Of a DNA stretch of 64,000 nt, positions 1 through 13,559 are shown one piece after another; position 1 is the stretch's first letter, and each line of letters starts with the position of its first letter. The stretch spans positions 39,308,001-39,372,000 of the forward strand of contig NC_088853.1 in assembly GCF_963853765.1 (NCBI RefSeq), written 5' to 3'. Position numbers and translations under genes: made by a program. The DNA is from Magallana gigas. Taxonomy: Eukaryota. A model generated the notes under the pieces. That model was not told the origin of the DNA. It made no database searches and was given only the letters and a program-made list of their open reading frames with translations.

Positions 1-696
1 TATTCACTCGAATTGCAATTAGACCTAAAGTTCGTTTTAACGTGTGGACATTTATTGATCAGAAATCTTTCAAGATTGTACCGTTAATAATTGGTTAATA
101 ACAAGGATCGTTTTTGTTTGCATGTTAGTTTTTATACATGAATGTTAACATTTTACGAGTATGTGATATCTGTCTGATAAAGATTCAGATGCTACCAACG
201 TTTCGCCAATTTCAAATTTCTAAAATGCATTATGCATGTATTGTCAATATGTACTATCGCTAAGCGATGATCATTAACCTGATGTTGAAATGTTTTAATT
301 TTCACTCAAATTCATTGAATCTTTGTCTTTCTTTTCTTTTGAAACGTGAATGTAACTAGAGAAAATGCCGTCTTACAGACAACCCTGTTAACACTTTTTG
401 GAAGACATATAGTATATCTTAGTGAAGCCATATGTGTAGTTTTTTTTTCCAATCAAGGACGAACAGGAGTATACTCTTGATTTGCAATGCACGCGCTATG
501 GAACTATATATAACAGTCGTGTCTCAGTTAAACAAAGACATCACTTTTAACATGCCATAAATGTTCTTTGTATTTTTTTCACTAGTTTGTATACAGTACA
601 TGTACATGTATATTAAAGAAAAAGTGACATCCATAGTAGTTTTAATTAGTAGCCAGTAGACAATCAAATCTAGGAACTACGTATATATACACTCAC

Positions 697-1627
697 GTTT
701 GTGTACAAAGGTTTTAGTGTCTCGTACACGGGGTTTTGAGTACTGCTCGTGATGTCTGTGGTTTTATAATTAAATTTTGGTGAAGTTGTATCCATGTAGA
801 AAAACTCAGTTCCAGTCGTCAGAACAGGATACTTCCTGGCATTTGTTAACTTTGGGACTTTGTAAACGATGAACCTAATATAAATGAAATAATTAAAGAC
901 AGGTATGTTATTTAACATTACGACTCACTATTATTTCATTACTTTACGTATGGCATTTGTTTAATTTATAAAGTGAAACTGACTTTCAAATTGAAAATTG
1001 GAAAATGTTATTTTTCTAAGAAATATATCTGTGCCTACTCAATATAGTTATAGGATTATTTTTTTAAAAAATAGTATAACAATTAGTTGATGTTACACCA
1101 TATCGTAAAATATTGGGTCTGCAATGTGAGTCCATTGATTAATAAATAGTTATATGAACTTACATCAGTGAAATATGTTGACTTTGGTTAAATAGAAGTA
1201 TATCTCATTAAACATTTACTAGTCAAAAATTTGTGACACTTTAAAAACTTTCTGAAGGTTTTTTTCACGAAAAGATACATGTAAATTATATTGGTTGCTG
1301 CAAGGATTATTGTCATCTACGTACTATGTTAAATATAAGAATTTTAACATTGTCAAACACATTTTTTTTTAAACTACCATTTTTGTTTTAATATTTTGAT
1401 CAAAGAATAAGCTGACATTATCTTTACTCCATATTACAGAGAAAAGAAATTAATTCATTATATGTATACCAAAACTATTAAAAAACAGAAATGGTTTTTT
1501 TTTCCATACAAAACATGATACAGTCTTACCAATCAACATCCTTTCCATTCGGATCCTTGCAAGTTATAGTGCAATAAGTAAAGCACTGGTAACCCAGGAA
1601 GATTATCATACAGAGAAGCTGCTTCAT
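697..1627 (-). CDS. DNASE2: Deoxyribonuclease II (plancitoxin-1-like), first two coding exons (1627-1530 and 874-697); the gene continues off the left edge
   Basis: Exon 1 encodes MKQLLCMIIFLGYQCFTYCTITCKDPNGKDVD+TG, followed by donor GTAAG. Exon 2 (acceptor TTAG) starts with G, completing Trp, then FIVYKVPKLTNARKYPVLTTGTEFFYMDTTSPKF...NPVYETLKPLYTN, followed by donor GTGAGT. Signal peptide plus C-x-D-x-x-G-x-x-V-D-W-F-I-V-Y-K is the typical DNase II N-terminus. An acceptor at 1660-1661 implies an upstream UTR exon. Confidence 0.8.
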
Positions 1628-1708
1628 ATTGATATCGTACGGTGTATCTTACATCGTACCTGTACAATATTAAATTGTGTTCTCTTCGTGTGTTTTATAT
1701 ATACTGTT

Positions 1709-1827
1709 TTAATCAATTATTTCTTTTACAATGTGTACATACTAATTCATTGGTTAATTTTACGTATTAATCAATAATTTCCTTTTTTACAATGTGTACA
1801 TTCCAGTTCATTGGTTCATTTTACGTA
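1709..1827. repeat. Imperfect ~60-bp tandem duplication
   Basis: ttaatcaat(t/a)atttc...tttacaatgtgtaca...ttcattggtt(a/c)attttacgta occurs twice head-to-tail. Confidence 0.7.
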
Positions 1828-2121
1828 GCCAATAACTTAAAAGTAAAAACAAATACAAGAGGCTGTTCTTTCATACAAATTGCATGCTACACTAAAATAA
1901 TATATTTCGGCATAATCGATAGCCGACACTTGGCCTGTAACGTTTATTACCAATTTGTCAAATTAATTCATAAACTGATAACGTTTTTACGTGATTTAAA
2001 AAACATAAATATCAGACATTTTTTAAGGAATAATTCATTGTGTTGTATTAAATAATTGTAACTAAACAAGCTACTGTGTAGTTTTTGATTTATAGTTTAA
2101 ATTGATAAATAGGTTTTATAA

Positions 2122-2683
2122 TTAGCCCCCTACCGTTTTTCACCGGTCGGAGGGGACTATAGCTTTCCTCTGCGTCCGTCAGTCCGCCCGTCTGTCTGAT
2201 CCACTTCAGTTTCCCATACTTTCTTTTATTCATGCGTTTGAGGAATAATATGAAAATTGTTGAACAGCTTCAAATGTCAAACTATGGATTAAGTTCACAA
2301 TTTGTAGCGTCTGGTTGACATATTTTCGGGAAAATTATTTTTTATATTCCATTTTTTTTAATGATCGGGTTTGGTGTGCATTGAATTAACGAGGAAAGTA
2401 TGTAGTCAGTAATAATATCGTGCATTATTTCGACCAGTCCATTTCTTGTTTCTAACAAACAAATAAGTGCTGTAAAATAGTGTCAAGCATTGTGTTGTCA
2501 ATTTAATCCAAAGTTTTTTTTTTTATAATAACAGGTGGGTTCATTTTCGGGTTGGTCTGTTGATTTTGGGTACAGAAGACGATAAGAAGTGACATTTTGC
2601 ACAGCAGTGCATTGTTTTCACAAATTTCTAAAAACCGGTAGGGGACCTGTATTGCTTATGCAATAGTCTCAGAATGCTTGGTT
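2122..2683 (-). mobile_element. Non-autonomous Helentron-associated (HINE/DINE-like) element
   Basis: Subterminal inverted repeats CCCCTACCG (2127-2135) and CGGTAGGGG (2636-2644); GTCC/GTCT microsatellite near 2172-2200; short palindrome TATTGC-TTAT-GCAATA near the other end; terminus CTTGGTT in T-rich flanks. Confidence 0.7.
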
Positions 2684-5600
2684 AGTTTTAATAATTCTCA
2701 GGAAAAGTAAGTGATTTGGACAAGCGATTTGTTTTCTGGAGAGAGAGAAAAAAACAAATAGTATACATTGTCGTTTTAAAGCAAAAATATGTATACTTAA
2801 ATAGAAACCAGCAGAAATATACATTTTTTTTATTAGCGTGTGATTCTTGTCGAAAAATAAACATGGACTACTAAATTAGGATAAATGTTATATAATGGAT
2901 TTATAATTATTGCTACTGGCAATCTTTTAATGTATTTTAATTGAAATATACTTTCAATCTGTCACATTTTATAGTTGACCTTAGGAAATATCTTTTCTAT
3001 ATTTCCCCCACGACTAATGACTTGTTAAACGCGTGCTGTATATCAATTAAAATTGATTACATCCATGTATTTAATGTCTACATTGACCAGCTGTTACATT
3101 ACCAATACAAAATAAAAATTGACATGAGTAGTATAGTAAGATAAATGTACAGATTCAATCAATAATTCTTGAGCGCCTTTATTAGTATATTCCTCTGTCG
3201 GCAGGTATGAGGTTCTAAAGTCAATTTAGCAACCACTAATACAAATTACCGTGTTTGCAGAAAAGAAGCACACATTGCAGGAATGTAAACTAGATATAAA
3301 TTTAATGTACATAAATACCTCATAAAATTATCCCAACTCTGTGCAAGTGCATGTATTTATACAGGTATGGAGGACACTTTCATGTATGCGGGATATTTCA
3401 ACAAGTGAGGCTGTAAGCAGCTTTCTCACTTTCAAGAAATACATTTAATATCAGTTACCAAATTTTTAAAATAATTTTTATTCCATTATTTTAGATTCAA
3501 TGCACTAAAAGGCGTTTTCCTTGGGAGTTGATATTTTTTTTATTCTGAATTGTTGAAAGAGAACTTTCGATTGCTTTCAAGACAGCTCAAAATATGCTAT
3601 TGTAACTAAAGAGCATATTTACCGCTGTTGTTTTTGTTAACGATTTGATGGAAAAAATATTTACTTATGGAAGTATTCGTTCGTTATCATACGGTAATAC
3701 CCATCATCTAAAATGTTCTATACATAACTGTGCGATGAGCCGTTTAACTGCACTATGAATTTCTCGGAAATAGGATTTTTATTTTTATTTTATATCAGTT
3801 ATATGTTTTGATATTATATGTCAAATCAAAGAAGAGATATAATAAAGTATCAATATATAATGTTTAACTTATAACGTTCTTTCCCCCTACTGCTGAAAAT
3901 GCAAAGATGTAAATCAGCTGTAAAAAGATTATCGTTTAAGCCCCTGTTTAAAACATACTCAAGAAAATTTTTAAGCAAACTTACTATTCTTTATTCGAAA
4001 CAGACCACTGGGTTAATAAAACCCCTCAGAAGGTCGTGTGCTCTGATCCAAATCTATTAACTGATAGTCGGGCTTAGCCAGTAACTGGTACAGAACCAGT
4101 AAATTGCTTAAATATTGATAAATTTGTTTTTAAAAATAGCATTTACCTGTGTGGGAATGTAAAAATTTGTTATATGTTTACGGTAATGTCAAGACTTTTA
4201 TTTTGGTACTTGATCAAGGACATTGCAAAAATTTTACTCTAAAGGGTAAAAAACTATTGTACAGAATTTAATCTTGCCGTTCACTTTGACAACACTAAAA
4301 TGTTTTAATGTAAAAATCCATCATTTCTGCCCATTGGTACATGTGTAGATAAAGAGGATTAAACATTGTGAATGTTTAATATCGTGCATAACATTGTCCG
4401 TTATTATATGCGTAGTACTAAAACTTCTTCAAAGATGTCTTGTTGCGTAAAATACAGAAAACATGTATGAAACACATAGTGTTTTTTTTTCATTTGTAAC
4501 TTACATTACATCACCTTAGTTGAATGCAGTGAATATTGTATTTTAAGAAGCGACTGCATTTTGAAGATCCGTGCGAGTATAACAGAAACAAAAATTGAAG
4601 AAAACATACATAACTTCTCCTTAACCTGTTAGTCAATATACTGTCGTAGATTTCCAATTATTCTAGATCTCCTAAACCTAATTGATTTTGATTATAATCG
4701 GTGTATTTTGTTAACCTAAGTAAACAATATCGTTCTCGAACAAAAATGAAACAGCTTAATTATCAGTAAGTGTGTGTGTTTGGAACCACAATAATGCTCA
4801 TATTATATAACCAGCTGTCTAAAAAATACATATATAATAGGGACTTCTTTATCACCGCTGTTTAAAACGTAATGATTTAGACATTATTATTGACCAAAAA
4901 AAATATGGGAACATAATTTGATTTTGCCTAATTTACTAACAAATAAAAGCTAAACAACAACTGGGGTTTTTGATATAAATTATATAAATGCCATTCTAAT
5001 TATGAATAGATACAAATGATCGGTTTATCACAAAACAGGGAATTAGAAAAAAAAATGCTTGATGTAACTTTGGTTTGGTAAACATTTGCTTTAGCATAAT
5101 ATTTTGGATGTCAATATACAGGATGTCAATATACAAACAAAACTTCTCAATAACACAAAGTTAATGATCGTCTAAGTTGTTTCAATGTTTAGGTATGCAC
5201 AAGCGCCACTTCAGTGTATGTTTACGATATATCTGGAAACGAGCTCATACCTAGGTCTTCTTACTTAATATTCTGCAAGAAAATAAAAAAAACAAAGGAA
5301 AAGCCAGGAGCAACAAATAAAGCATACATGTATTAAAACATTTCCACGTAAAATAGTTATTGATTTTAAATTTGCATTCATTAGATTACGTTTTTTCCAA
5401 TACTTACTTTTTTGGCGCCAGTTTAATCCGACCGAATAACAAAATGATTGCTTACGCTCCTTTACATACATACCAAAAGTAGATTTACATTCCTCCCAAG
5501 CAATTGCATACGCATCAAGACGAACAAGACCAGAAGTAAACTCCAATAGGGTATACACAGTATACTTTAAACTAAAATGAATGCTGATAAAGTATTTATA

Positions 5601-5822
5601 ACAAATATGGTCTAAATGGATACAGTTATGTTAAAAGGAAAACGTAAAACTATTAGAATACATAATAAAACTAAGCATACTTAAAACAATGTCTGTAAAT
5701 TTGTGTTCACATTACATGGCCTAGAGATTCATAACAACTTAATGTAACATCAATGAAAATATATGTAAATGTAGGACATTTGGAATTGCATATCTGTTAC
5801 ATTAACCTTTCAGCCACCTTAC

Positions 5823-5975
5823 AAATGACGGAATTGCAGGTTTGTCAAATGTTTTCCCATTTTCTTTGGATAAGGTCTTAGTGAATCTACCAGTTTTCTT
5901 TTCAATTTAGCGTGCAATATACAAATTGATTGCAGTTGCTACAATCATTGTCATTAGATTTTCCACAAACGTTAT
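5823..5975 (-). pseudogene. Probable degenerate transmembrane exon of the EGF-array gene
   Basis: Acceptor ACAG at 5976-5977 and donor GTAAGG at 5822. The phase-1 frame reads DNVCGKSNDNDCSNCNQFVYCTLN* (stop 5902-5904). A second frame reads MTMIVATAINLYIAR*IEKKTGRFTK, which resembles the end of a TM helix plus a basic stop-transfer segment. This would imply a frameshift and a stop. Confidence 0.35.
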
Positions 5976-7096
5976 CTGTTTTGATATAAATATTCGATTC
6001 AGAGTTTTACAAGAAAAGAGTATTTAAAAGGTAAAGTTAAACTGATATCAAAAAAGGCAAAAACCTATAAGACTGAATTTGACCATGAACATAATAAAAA
6101 AAGAATAAGTTATTTAGAAATAGTTATGCATCGCATTATTTACATGTGAACCAACATCAAATTCCATTTGAATTATTTTTTACTGTTAACCAACCTAAAG
6201 AGAGTAAGACAATTCTTAATTCTTACTTTGAGATACTTGCACAGTTCGTATTATGATAATATAATATTGTGTGTCTTTTTTGCCGCAACTTTGTTCAAAG
6301 ATAGCACGCCGCTTGCCGGTTTTGCGAAAATTATCAAGCAGTCACCGATGGTGTCAATTGCAGCATGTTTTCAAAACATATTGTGTTTACGTATAATAAA
6401 GTTGGTGTAAATATTGCAGCTATTCTACGAAATGATTTTTTGCTATTCGAAATTTTATCATATAATCATGTCACTAAAAAAACAAAAATCATGTTTTATA
6501 TGTTAAAAATATCCGTTTTAAATAGTAACTTTAAACATAGAAACAATCCAAATGTATTATAAAGAAATGTATCAACTCCCTCATACTACCGAAGATATGT
6601 TACATGATTGACTATGTAACAGAAGTCCACTACATTGTAAATATTCTTAAGCATTTGAAAATTAGCAGCGATCTTTAAAATGAAGTTACAACATGGTACG
6701 AATGTTGAAAGAAAATAACAAGATATCAAACGCAGTTTCCATAAAAAATGCACGACTTACTATAAATTCCCCTTAAAACTATAAGTCTTTGGACTTAGGT
6801 GGATCAAAAATATATTCTAGTACTTGACACATGATAAATATAAAAAATACCTTCTGTCAATGGGCTAAGAAATCCCACGCCTTCTTTTACAAGCTAAGAA
6901 TGTGTATTTGAGGCGTTCTTTTCAACACAATTCATACCATTTCCTCGATATATATAGAATACATATATTTCACGTGTTAATTAACTCCTTTTTTTAAACT
7001 CAACTACTCTTTGACGTTGTGACAAATGGTTTACATTGGATAATAATACCGGTAAAAACAAACAAAATACATATTAAAAAAAAGATTCTACCATAC

Positions 7097-10000
7097 CTTC
7101 ATTGCAGAAATATCCTTTCCAGCCATATATGCACCCAGAATCACACAAACCATTGAATCTATTACACCCAGCGCATGTTGCAATGCATTTTTCTGAACAA
7201 TCTTTGCCAAAAAATCCATCAGGGCATGCTAACGTGAGGCGAACAAATGAAGGTGATATTAAGATTGTATATTTCAATTACAATTCAAAACAATTTGTGT
7301 GGTTTACAAATCCTTTATTTACATTTCAACTTACGAGTTTTGCAGCGACCCCCCTGATGACCAGCATCACAACCGGTTAGACAGGTTCCATTTATAGGAG
7401 AGCATTGGTCGATGTCACGGCAGTATCCACATTTGTTGTTGCATTGATTACCGTAAAATCCGTCACCACAATCTTTTGAAAAAGTTTGATTGCTATGTTT
7501 AACATTATTTATTACCCGATTTAATGCCCAAATACTGTTATTTATATTATCATTAATCTAGTATATCTTCTAGAAAATCCAAAATATATGTCAAACATAT
7601 ACTGCCAATGACTTGACCTGCATGAAAAGCACAAAAGTCTTTAACTTTATGCTTTTATATTAATGTTCATCTATAATTACTCACGTGTTTTACACAGATT
7701 CCCATCGTAACCATCCTCACATCCTGTTAAGCATCGTCCATTGACATTAAAACATTGGTTCACGTCCAGACATTTACCACAAGTTTCACTGCAGTCAATA
7801 CCGTACTGTCCTCTGTTGCAAGCTAAAACGAGTATGTTTATAGATATAAACCTTGATGGTGGAATTTGGGTTCAATTTTGATATTTTCATAGGTACATTA
7901 TTATAGTTTTGTTCGCTGCTGCAGACGTCTTTTAATCCCAAATTCTATCGTCGCTATTCGAGATTTTAGATGTTTCAATACTTGGAGAACTGTTACGGGC
8001 GGTTGTATTAACAATAAGAAATGTATAAATAAAGAAGTATAACTAGTTATTATTTAGGGTTGATAAACTAGTTTATCGTATTACTCATTTCAATAATGTT
8101 ATATATCTCATTTCGTTGTTCTATTTGTTCAGTAATTTATGTGAACATGCATTCATTATAATTCATATTTATCTATACATTGTCATCTTCTCTTGAATTG
8201 TGTACTTTCGAGTTTTGCATAAGAACCCCTGATAACCGGCATCACATCCAATTAAGCATGTTCCATTTATATGAAGACATTTATTCATGCCGCGGCACTG
8301 TCCACAGTTTTCAATGCATTTAAAGCCGTATGAACCGCTCACACAACCTTGTTTATGAAATAATAAATATTTTTAGATAGTCTTATATAGATGCTATATA
8401 AAAAGATACCCAGTTCTTTTCTACTGTACATGTATAACATATTCTTAAATTATGATATAAACAAATTATGCCTATTTGTAAATTTCTTCTGTTCATATAT
8501 TTTGTATTGTACAAATAAAACCTACAATGTATGTAATATTATGGTTTTTTTCGTCACAATTATTTTTTAAGTTGCCTGCTGTGATTTATATAAGAATGCT
8601 TCGTCGTACATGTAACTGTGTACTTACGAGCATTGCATAAGTTTCCTTCATAACCATCGGCACATCCAGTTAAGCAAGTTCCGTGGACATTGGAGCATTT
8701 GTTTATGTCACGACAATGTCCACATGTTTCATTACAGTCAATGCCAAACGACCCTTTTTTGCAAGCTAAAATAAATAACAATACTAACACCTTATAACGA
8801 AAGTTTTTGTTTTATATTATTATTATTGTTTTATGATCAATTTATTACGTTATATGTACTGTGGTCAAATTTGTCTACATTGAATTCTAAAATTACAACT
8901 TTTAATAAAAGAATAAATATATCAAAAGTGAAGTATGAAAAACGTTTACCTTTTTTGAGTGATTAGAGTAACTTTAATTAAACTAAAGGAGAGTCACTAA
9001 AGTGATATTGTATTTTAGTCACTTTTTGAATTCCATATAACGATCAAATTTGAACACACACGCGTGTCTGACCCTTTTTAAAAGGTCAGGGTTCATAATT
9101 TTATTCTGCTTTTTAAAAAAAAAGATGTAAAAATATGCACCTTACATTTTAACTTATTTATGCTAAACCAGTATTTAATGTGCCTCCCTTTGATCAATCA
9201 TCTTTTAAAAATATTTTCCATAAATAAAAGGAATTTGACGCGAATCATTATATATTTTACTACATTGTGTCTCTGATTCCAACAATTGTTTTAAAAATTC
9301 TGTTTATATTCATTTCTGAAATTTGATCTGTTAAATAAAAACAACAAGTTTGTGTCAATAATTGTGTTTCCATTTACGTTGAATAAAACGAGTTTGATTT
9401 AGAACTTCAGTCATTCAAACTGATAACACCCCTCTCCGACAAAAAAAGAAAACATTTGCATGCAATTGACACTGCATTTTACAAGAATGAAACATTGACA
9501 CTATATCTAAGAAGCTGTGATAATATAATTTCATAATGAACTTAAAAGATGATTTGTGATTCAATTAGATATCAACATCAGTCTAAATGATTCATTCTTC
9601 AATCATTTGATTGATCAAATATTATGTATATTCATATGTATATGTAATTTATTCTTTGACATATGTCCTGTTTGTATATCTACTCACGTGATTTACACAA
9701 ATCCCCCTGATACCCAGCACTGCATACGGTTGCACATGTTCAATTGATATGATCACACAGATTGCCATCACTACAGTGTCCACATTTTTCAGTACAGCGT
9801 ATACCGTAAAAATTGATGGCACAGGCTTTAAAATAGAATCAACACAAATGCATTGTTTTCTATTTATTACATAAAACAGCTTTAAACACGGCATATAAAT
9901 GTTTAGTTTTTCGAACGATAAACAGGCCATGCATATATCAGCACCAAGCGATATAAACATTTAATTCCCCTAACACTACATCTTTAAATTTAGAATGTAT

Positions 10001-10957
10001 TTGGTTGATACTAGCTCACGTGTTTTACATAGTTCTCCCTTATAACCAACATCACATCCAGTTAAGCATGTTCCATTGGTATTGGAACATTGGTTCACGT
10101 CAAGGCAATGTCCACATGTTCCATTACATCCAAAGCCATAAAATCCGCTTTCACATGCTAAGACGTTTAAATACAATAAATATCTTTTACTTTCAATGCA
10201 TCAATACATATGTGGTTTAGTAAAATACATTTTTATTTCATCTTTTTGTACAAAAATAGTTTTCAATGATTTAAGAAACGTGTATGTTTTATTGATTGTG
10301 ATTTTAGAATATTGGTAAAGATTTAAATAAAATCCGTAGTTACAAATATATAGTAATGAGTGAAAAAAAACATGTAACTGTATACACTCAAAATTTTAAA
10401 AAAATATATTTTTCAGTGTAAGGAACTAGGTTTATCCCAAAATTGTTCCCACTTATGTTTCCTAAAGTAATAAGCAGAAACTCTTAAAAACACTTCTTTT
10501 TTTTCATGATCGCTTACAATATAGTTGATACCAGATATGATATGATTGATACAAAATTACGGCACTAATGCATTCATTTCACAAACATCTCAATCATAAT
10601 TAAAAGCATGAATAGCTTAAAACTTATCTTTAAAACTCAGGATGTTTGCAGTAAAATTGGTCTGCATTAAAGTGTTCAAAAAATAAAGTTTTTATATTTG
10701 AAATCGCATGAATAAGTAAATATATTTAGATTATAAATATGTTAAAATCTTTATTTTCAATCATTTATCATAAAAATTATTAAAATAAATGCTCATGAAA
10801 ATAAATATATTAGATTATTTGCCTAATTCACAAGTGTGTCCTCTGTACCCTGGTTTGCAGCCCTGACAGGTGCCCGTCTCTATGTGACAGTACTGACAGT
10901 TAACGTCTGGACAGGGAATGGAACAATTTGGTCCTAAATATCCCGTTGTGTTGCAAC
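7097..10957 (-). pseudogene. MEGF10/11-like (scavenger receptor F-like) EGF-repeat gene, eight phase-1 exons, probably defective or partly skipped
   Basis: Exons 10957-10823 (GCNTTGYLGPNCSIPCPDVNCQYCHIETGTCQGCKPGYRGHTCEL), 10157-10020, 9825-9688, 8765-8628, 8347-8210, 7822-7685, 7472-7335 (138 nt each, C-x3-G-x-YG-x2-C-x3-CGHC...NGTC-x2-GC-x2-GY-x-G-x2-C) and 7228-7097. Lesions: in-frame TGA at 9740-9742, GA donor after 8210, GC donor after 10823. No 5' exons were found. Confidence 0.8.
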
Positions 10958-11180
10958 CTTGAAATATAGAACATAAACCACTAAGGTTTATTTGGAATTT
11001 CAAAGTCGAGTTCAACGTAACATGCATTTTTTTGTAATACGACAGTGGACTATATATGGGAATATGTCTATTGCTTAAAATATAGAAAAGAGAATAACTT
11101 AACATATCCATGTAAACGCAAGGTTTTAAATGTAAAAAAAAAAACGACACCCTGTAAGTATATCTAGATAGCCGTCGCAA

Positions 11181-11720
11181 ATTGACGACGAAGACCCAAC
11201 AGAGAATGAAAACATACCTTCAGACATGGGCTGGTAAATGCATCTTAATACATTAAATGATTAATCTACTGGATAAAAATAAATACTGATAAAGTAATTG
11301 AATAGAATGAAAGAAAAAAATATGATAAATTACTGACGTATACATGTCGCTGATTAATGTAAACAGTAGCAAAGGGGGGTGGGGGGGTGGGGGTGGGGGT
11401 GTACGAAACGAGATCGAAATGGATTGGGGATAGGAAGACGGGGTTGAGTGGAATAGAAATTTAGTAAGCCTAGTGTTCGTAATTGTTTGTCACATGTCAA
11501 GCCTATGTAAATGAATTTCCATGCATTCGTTTTGTAATACAGGTGTTCCTGTGAAAACTACACTATTATGCCTACTGCTATTATGCCTACTGCAAGAGAA
11601 TGCAAGTGCTGCAATTTTTATACTGCTATAGAGTCTAGACTAGAGGAGGCCTGTGCATCACAGACCATGAAATATTTGTTGCCAATTGCCTTAACAGATG
11701 GGTCTTGGAAACATGTTTGT
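11181..11720 (+). pseudogene. Spliced remnant of a P2X7 C-terminal-like Cys-rich domain gene (a type often transposon-associated)
   Basis: IDDEDPTENENIPSDMG-W split as TG|gt (11234) ... ag|G (11542), then CSCENYTIMPTAIMPTARECKCC...LEEA; after a frameshift, CITDHEIFVANCLNRWVLETC. Contains a 15-bp tandem duplication (ctattatgcctactg). Confidence 0.55.
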
Positions 11721-11915
11721 GTTAAGATGACTCATAATACTACCATTGAGATCACCTGCTATAATAACATTACCATAGGATCTATAATGACGATATAAAC
11801 TTTCTATATAGTTGAGCTCTTGTATATAAGTATCTTCATTACTATCAGCAGGGAGATATACTCCAACCATATAAAACACTTCACCATTGTTGTATGAAAG
11901 TACAACATTAACAAC
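11715..11915 (-). mobile_element. LINE APE-type endonuclease fragment
   Basis: VVNVVLSYNNGEVFYMVGVYLPADSNEDTYIQELNYIESLYRHYRSYGNVIIAGDLNGS contains the GVYLP and IIAGDLN motifs of LINE endonucleases. Confidence 0.75.
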
Positions 11916-12304
11916 ATATTATTATAAGAATATTATTATATAAAGATATCAAAACCCGACGGGATTTTCATTTTTTTTTTCTTTATATTCCTAACAAATA
12001 GAATTGTAATTAGTATGTTAACAGTACACATTTGTTTTGTACTTTTAATTAATGATGCGGTTTTACTCTACGAAAAAGTTATCATTTAATCAATGCTTGC
12101 TTTGGCATTAAGTATACCAATTTAATTGTGTAGATGTGAATTGTTTAGTGAAAATACTTTTTGTGTGTTTGTATGCTTAATATGAAAAAAAAAACGAAGG
12201 AAATATTTTTAAAAAACATGTCAACACTGCCTTTAGTGTGTATATAGAAATATATGTAGCTTCTTTAAGTCCATCATTTTAATACACATGGAAAAAAGAA
12301 AATA

Positions 12305-12860
12305 GAGGAAGAGTTTCTAAAGCAAGATATGCCTTTACAAAACTATAGAAGATATGGAACTCCAACAATATTAGCAAGAAAACATAAATAAGACCATGTC
12401 AGATACTCCGGTGCTAATGTACCGATGTGAAACATGAAAGATGAACAAAGGGGACGAAAAAAGAAAACAACAGTCTTAGACGAATTCTCAAAATCAGATA
12501 GCAAGATAAGATTATAACACACAATTACTACGAATATCAAACATAAGGCCATTGAGACCAGTTAAATATTCATACGATGGTAATTCAGGGGCATTAACGT
12601 TAGAAGAAAACACAACAATAATTATTACATAGTCCATTTACTAGATACCTGAAAGGCAGAAGAAAGAGAGGAAGAGCATAAACAGAAAAAAAACATTCGA
12701 AAAGGAGAGGAAAGAGGATGAAGATCATGGGCTGGGCTAAGAATACAACTGAAGACAGATGGATGGATTCGTTCTGTTGATGGCACATGGTACAAATCAG
12801 ATAAGTAACAGGAACAGGTAATACACATGCTTATATGACCCACAGTTCATGAAATTAAAA
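12305..12860 (+). mobile_element. Decayed 3' end of an RTE-clade LINE
   Basis: Broken frames read RVSKARYAFTKL*KIWNSNNISKKT, VLMYRCET*KMNKGDEK, LRRILKIR*QDKI and GRRKRGR, matching the conserved post-RT region of RTE elements. Confidence 0.7.
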
Positions 12861-13559
12861 ACAGGTTACAAATTTAATGACATATCATATTTTTAATGCT
12901 TTAATCATTTAACATTGACTTAATGTAAACATTTATTTACAACAGATAATGCAGAATAGCGCCTAAAGCTGCATATACGTTTTCAACATTCTTGGGCTGC
13001 ACTTTGCTTAATCATTGCGAAGATGCAAATCATTTTTCTTGTCCATAAAATAACGGATTACCATTGATTTACATAGCAAGTGGATTGCCAGAATAGCTAC
13101 ATTTTTTTTTCAATCTTTACAATTAACATATGGTTTCTTGTCCCTTTGATTTGAATCATAAATCACTTATGCAATTGAACAACTCAAATCAAACAAATTA
13201 AACTAGAACTGATTATTTACTGACAAACACTTATATAACATGTAATACAACATTACAAAGTAGTGTTAAAACATACTTCTTCCACTTTATAAATGCTCCT
13301 TTACTTCCTTCCATGTAAATACAAATGAGTATGATGTGCATTTGTGGTAAATTCTCAGGGATGTGGTTGCTTTACCTATATGTTCATTTTGATTTTTCTT
13401 CTTCAACTATGTCAAAGGAAGAGTAATAGAAGTCTGACCAAGACTTCAATATGTAAAATCATAAATGTAACATACGCGTGTCAATGTATTCATGAACATC
13501 GTAAGGAACTTATGTGATTAAGCCATGAAGGATTGAGCATACGGGTCAGAAAGGTATCG

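Noticed and set aside
670-918. ORF with NPVYETL looked like a CED-1/Draper NPxY+YxxL cytoplasmic tail for the EGF gene
   Set aside because: It splices in frame to the 1530-1627 exon to give the DNase II VDW|FIVYK motif, and a GTGAGT donor at 696 cuts it. The motif is coincidental.
5265-5558. 97-aa minus-strand ORF (WEECKSTFG...)
   Set aside because: No recognisable family, no paralog, and its 3' part is a polypyrimidine tract.
11373-11400. G-run tract able to form a G-quadruplex
   Set aside because: Similar G runs are scattered throughout the window, and nothing suggests function.
12940-13440. Possible decayed coding sequence on the minus strand (KVQPKNVENVYAALGAILHYLL; HIGKATTSLRI...)
   Set aside because: Multiple stops and only weak resemblance to integrase; cannot be supported without a search.
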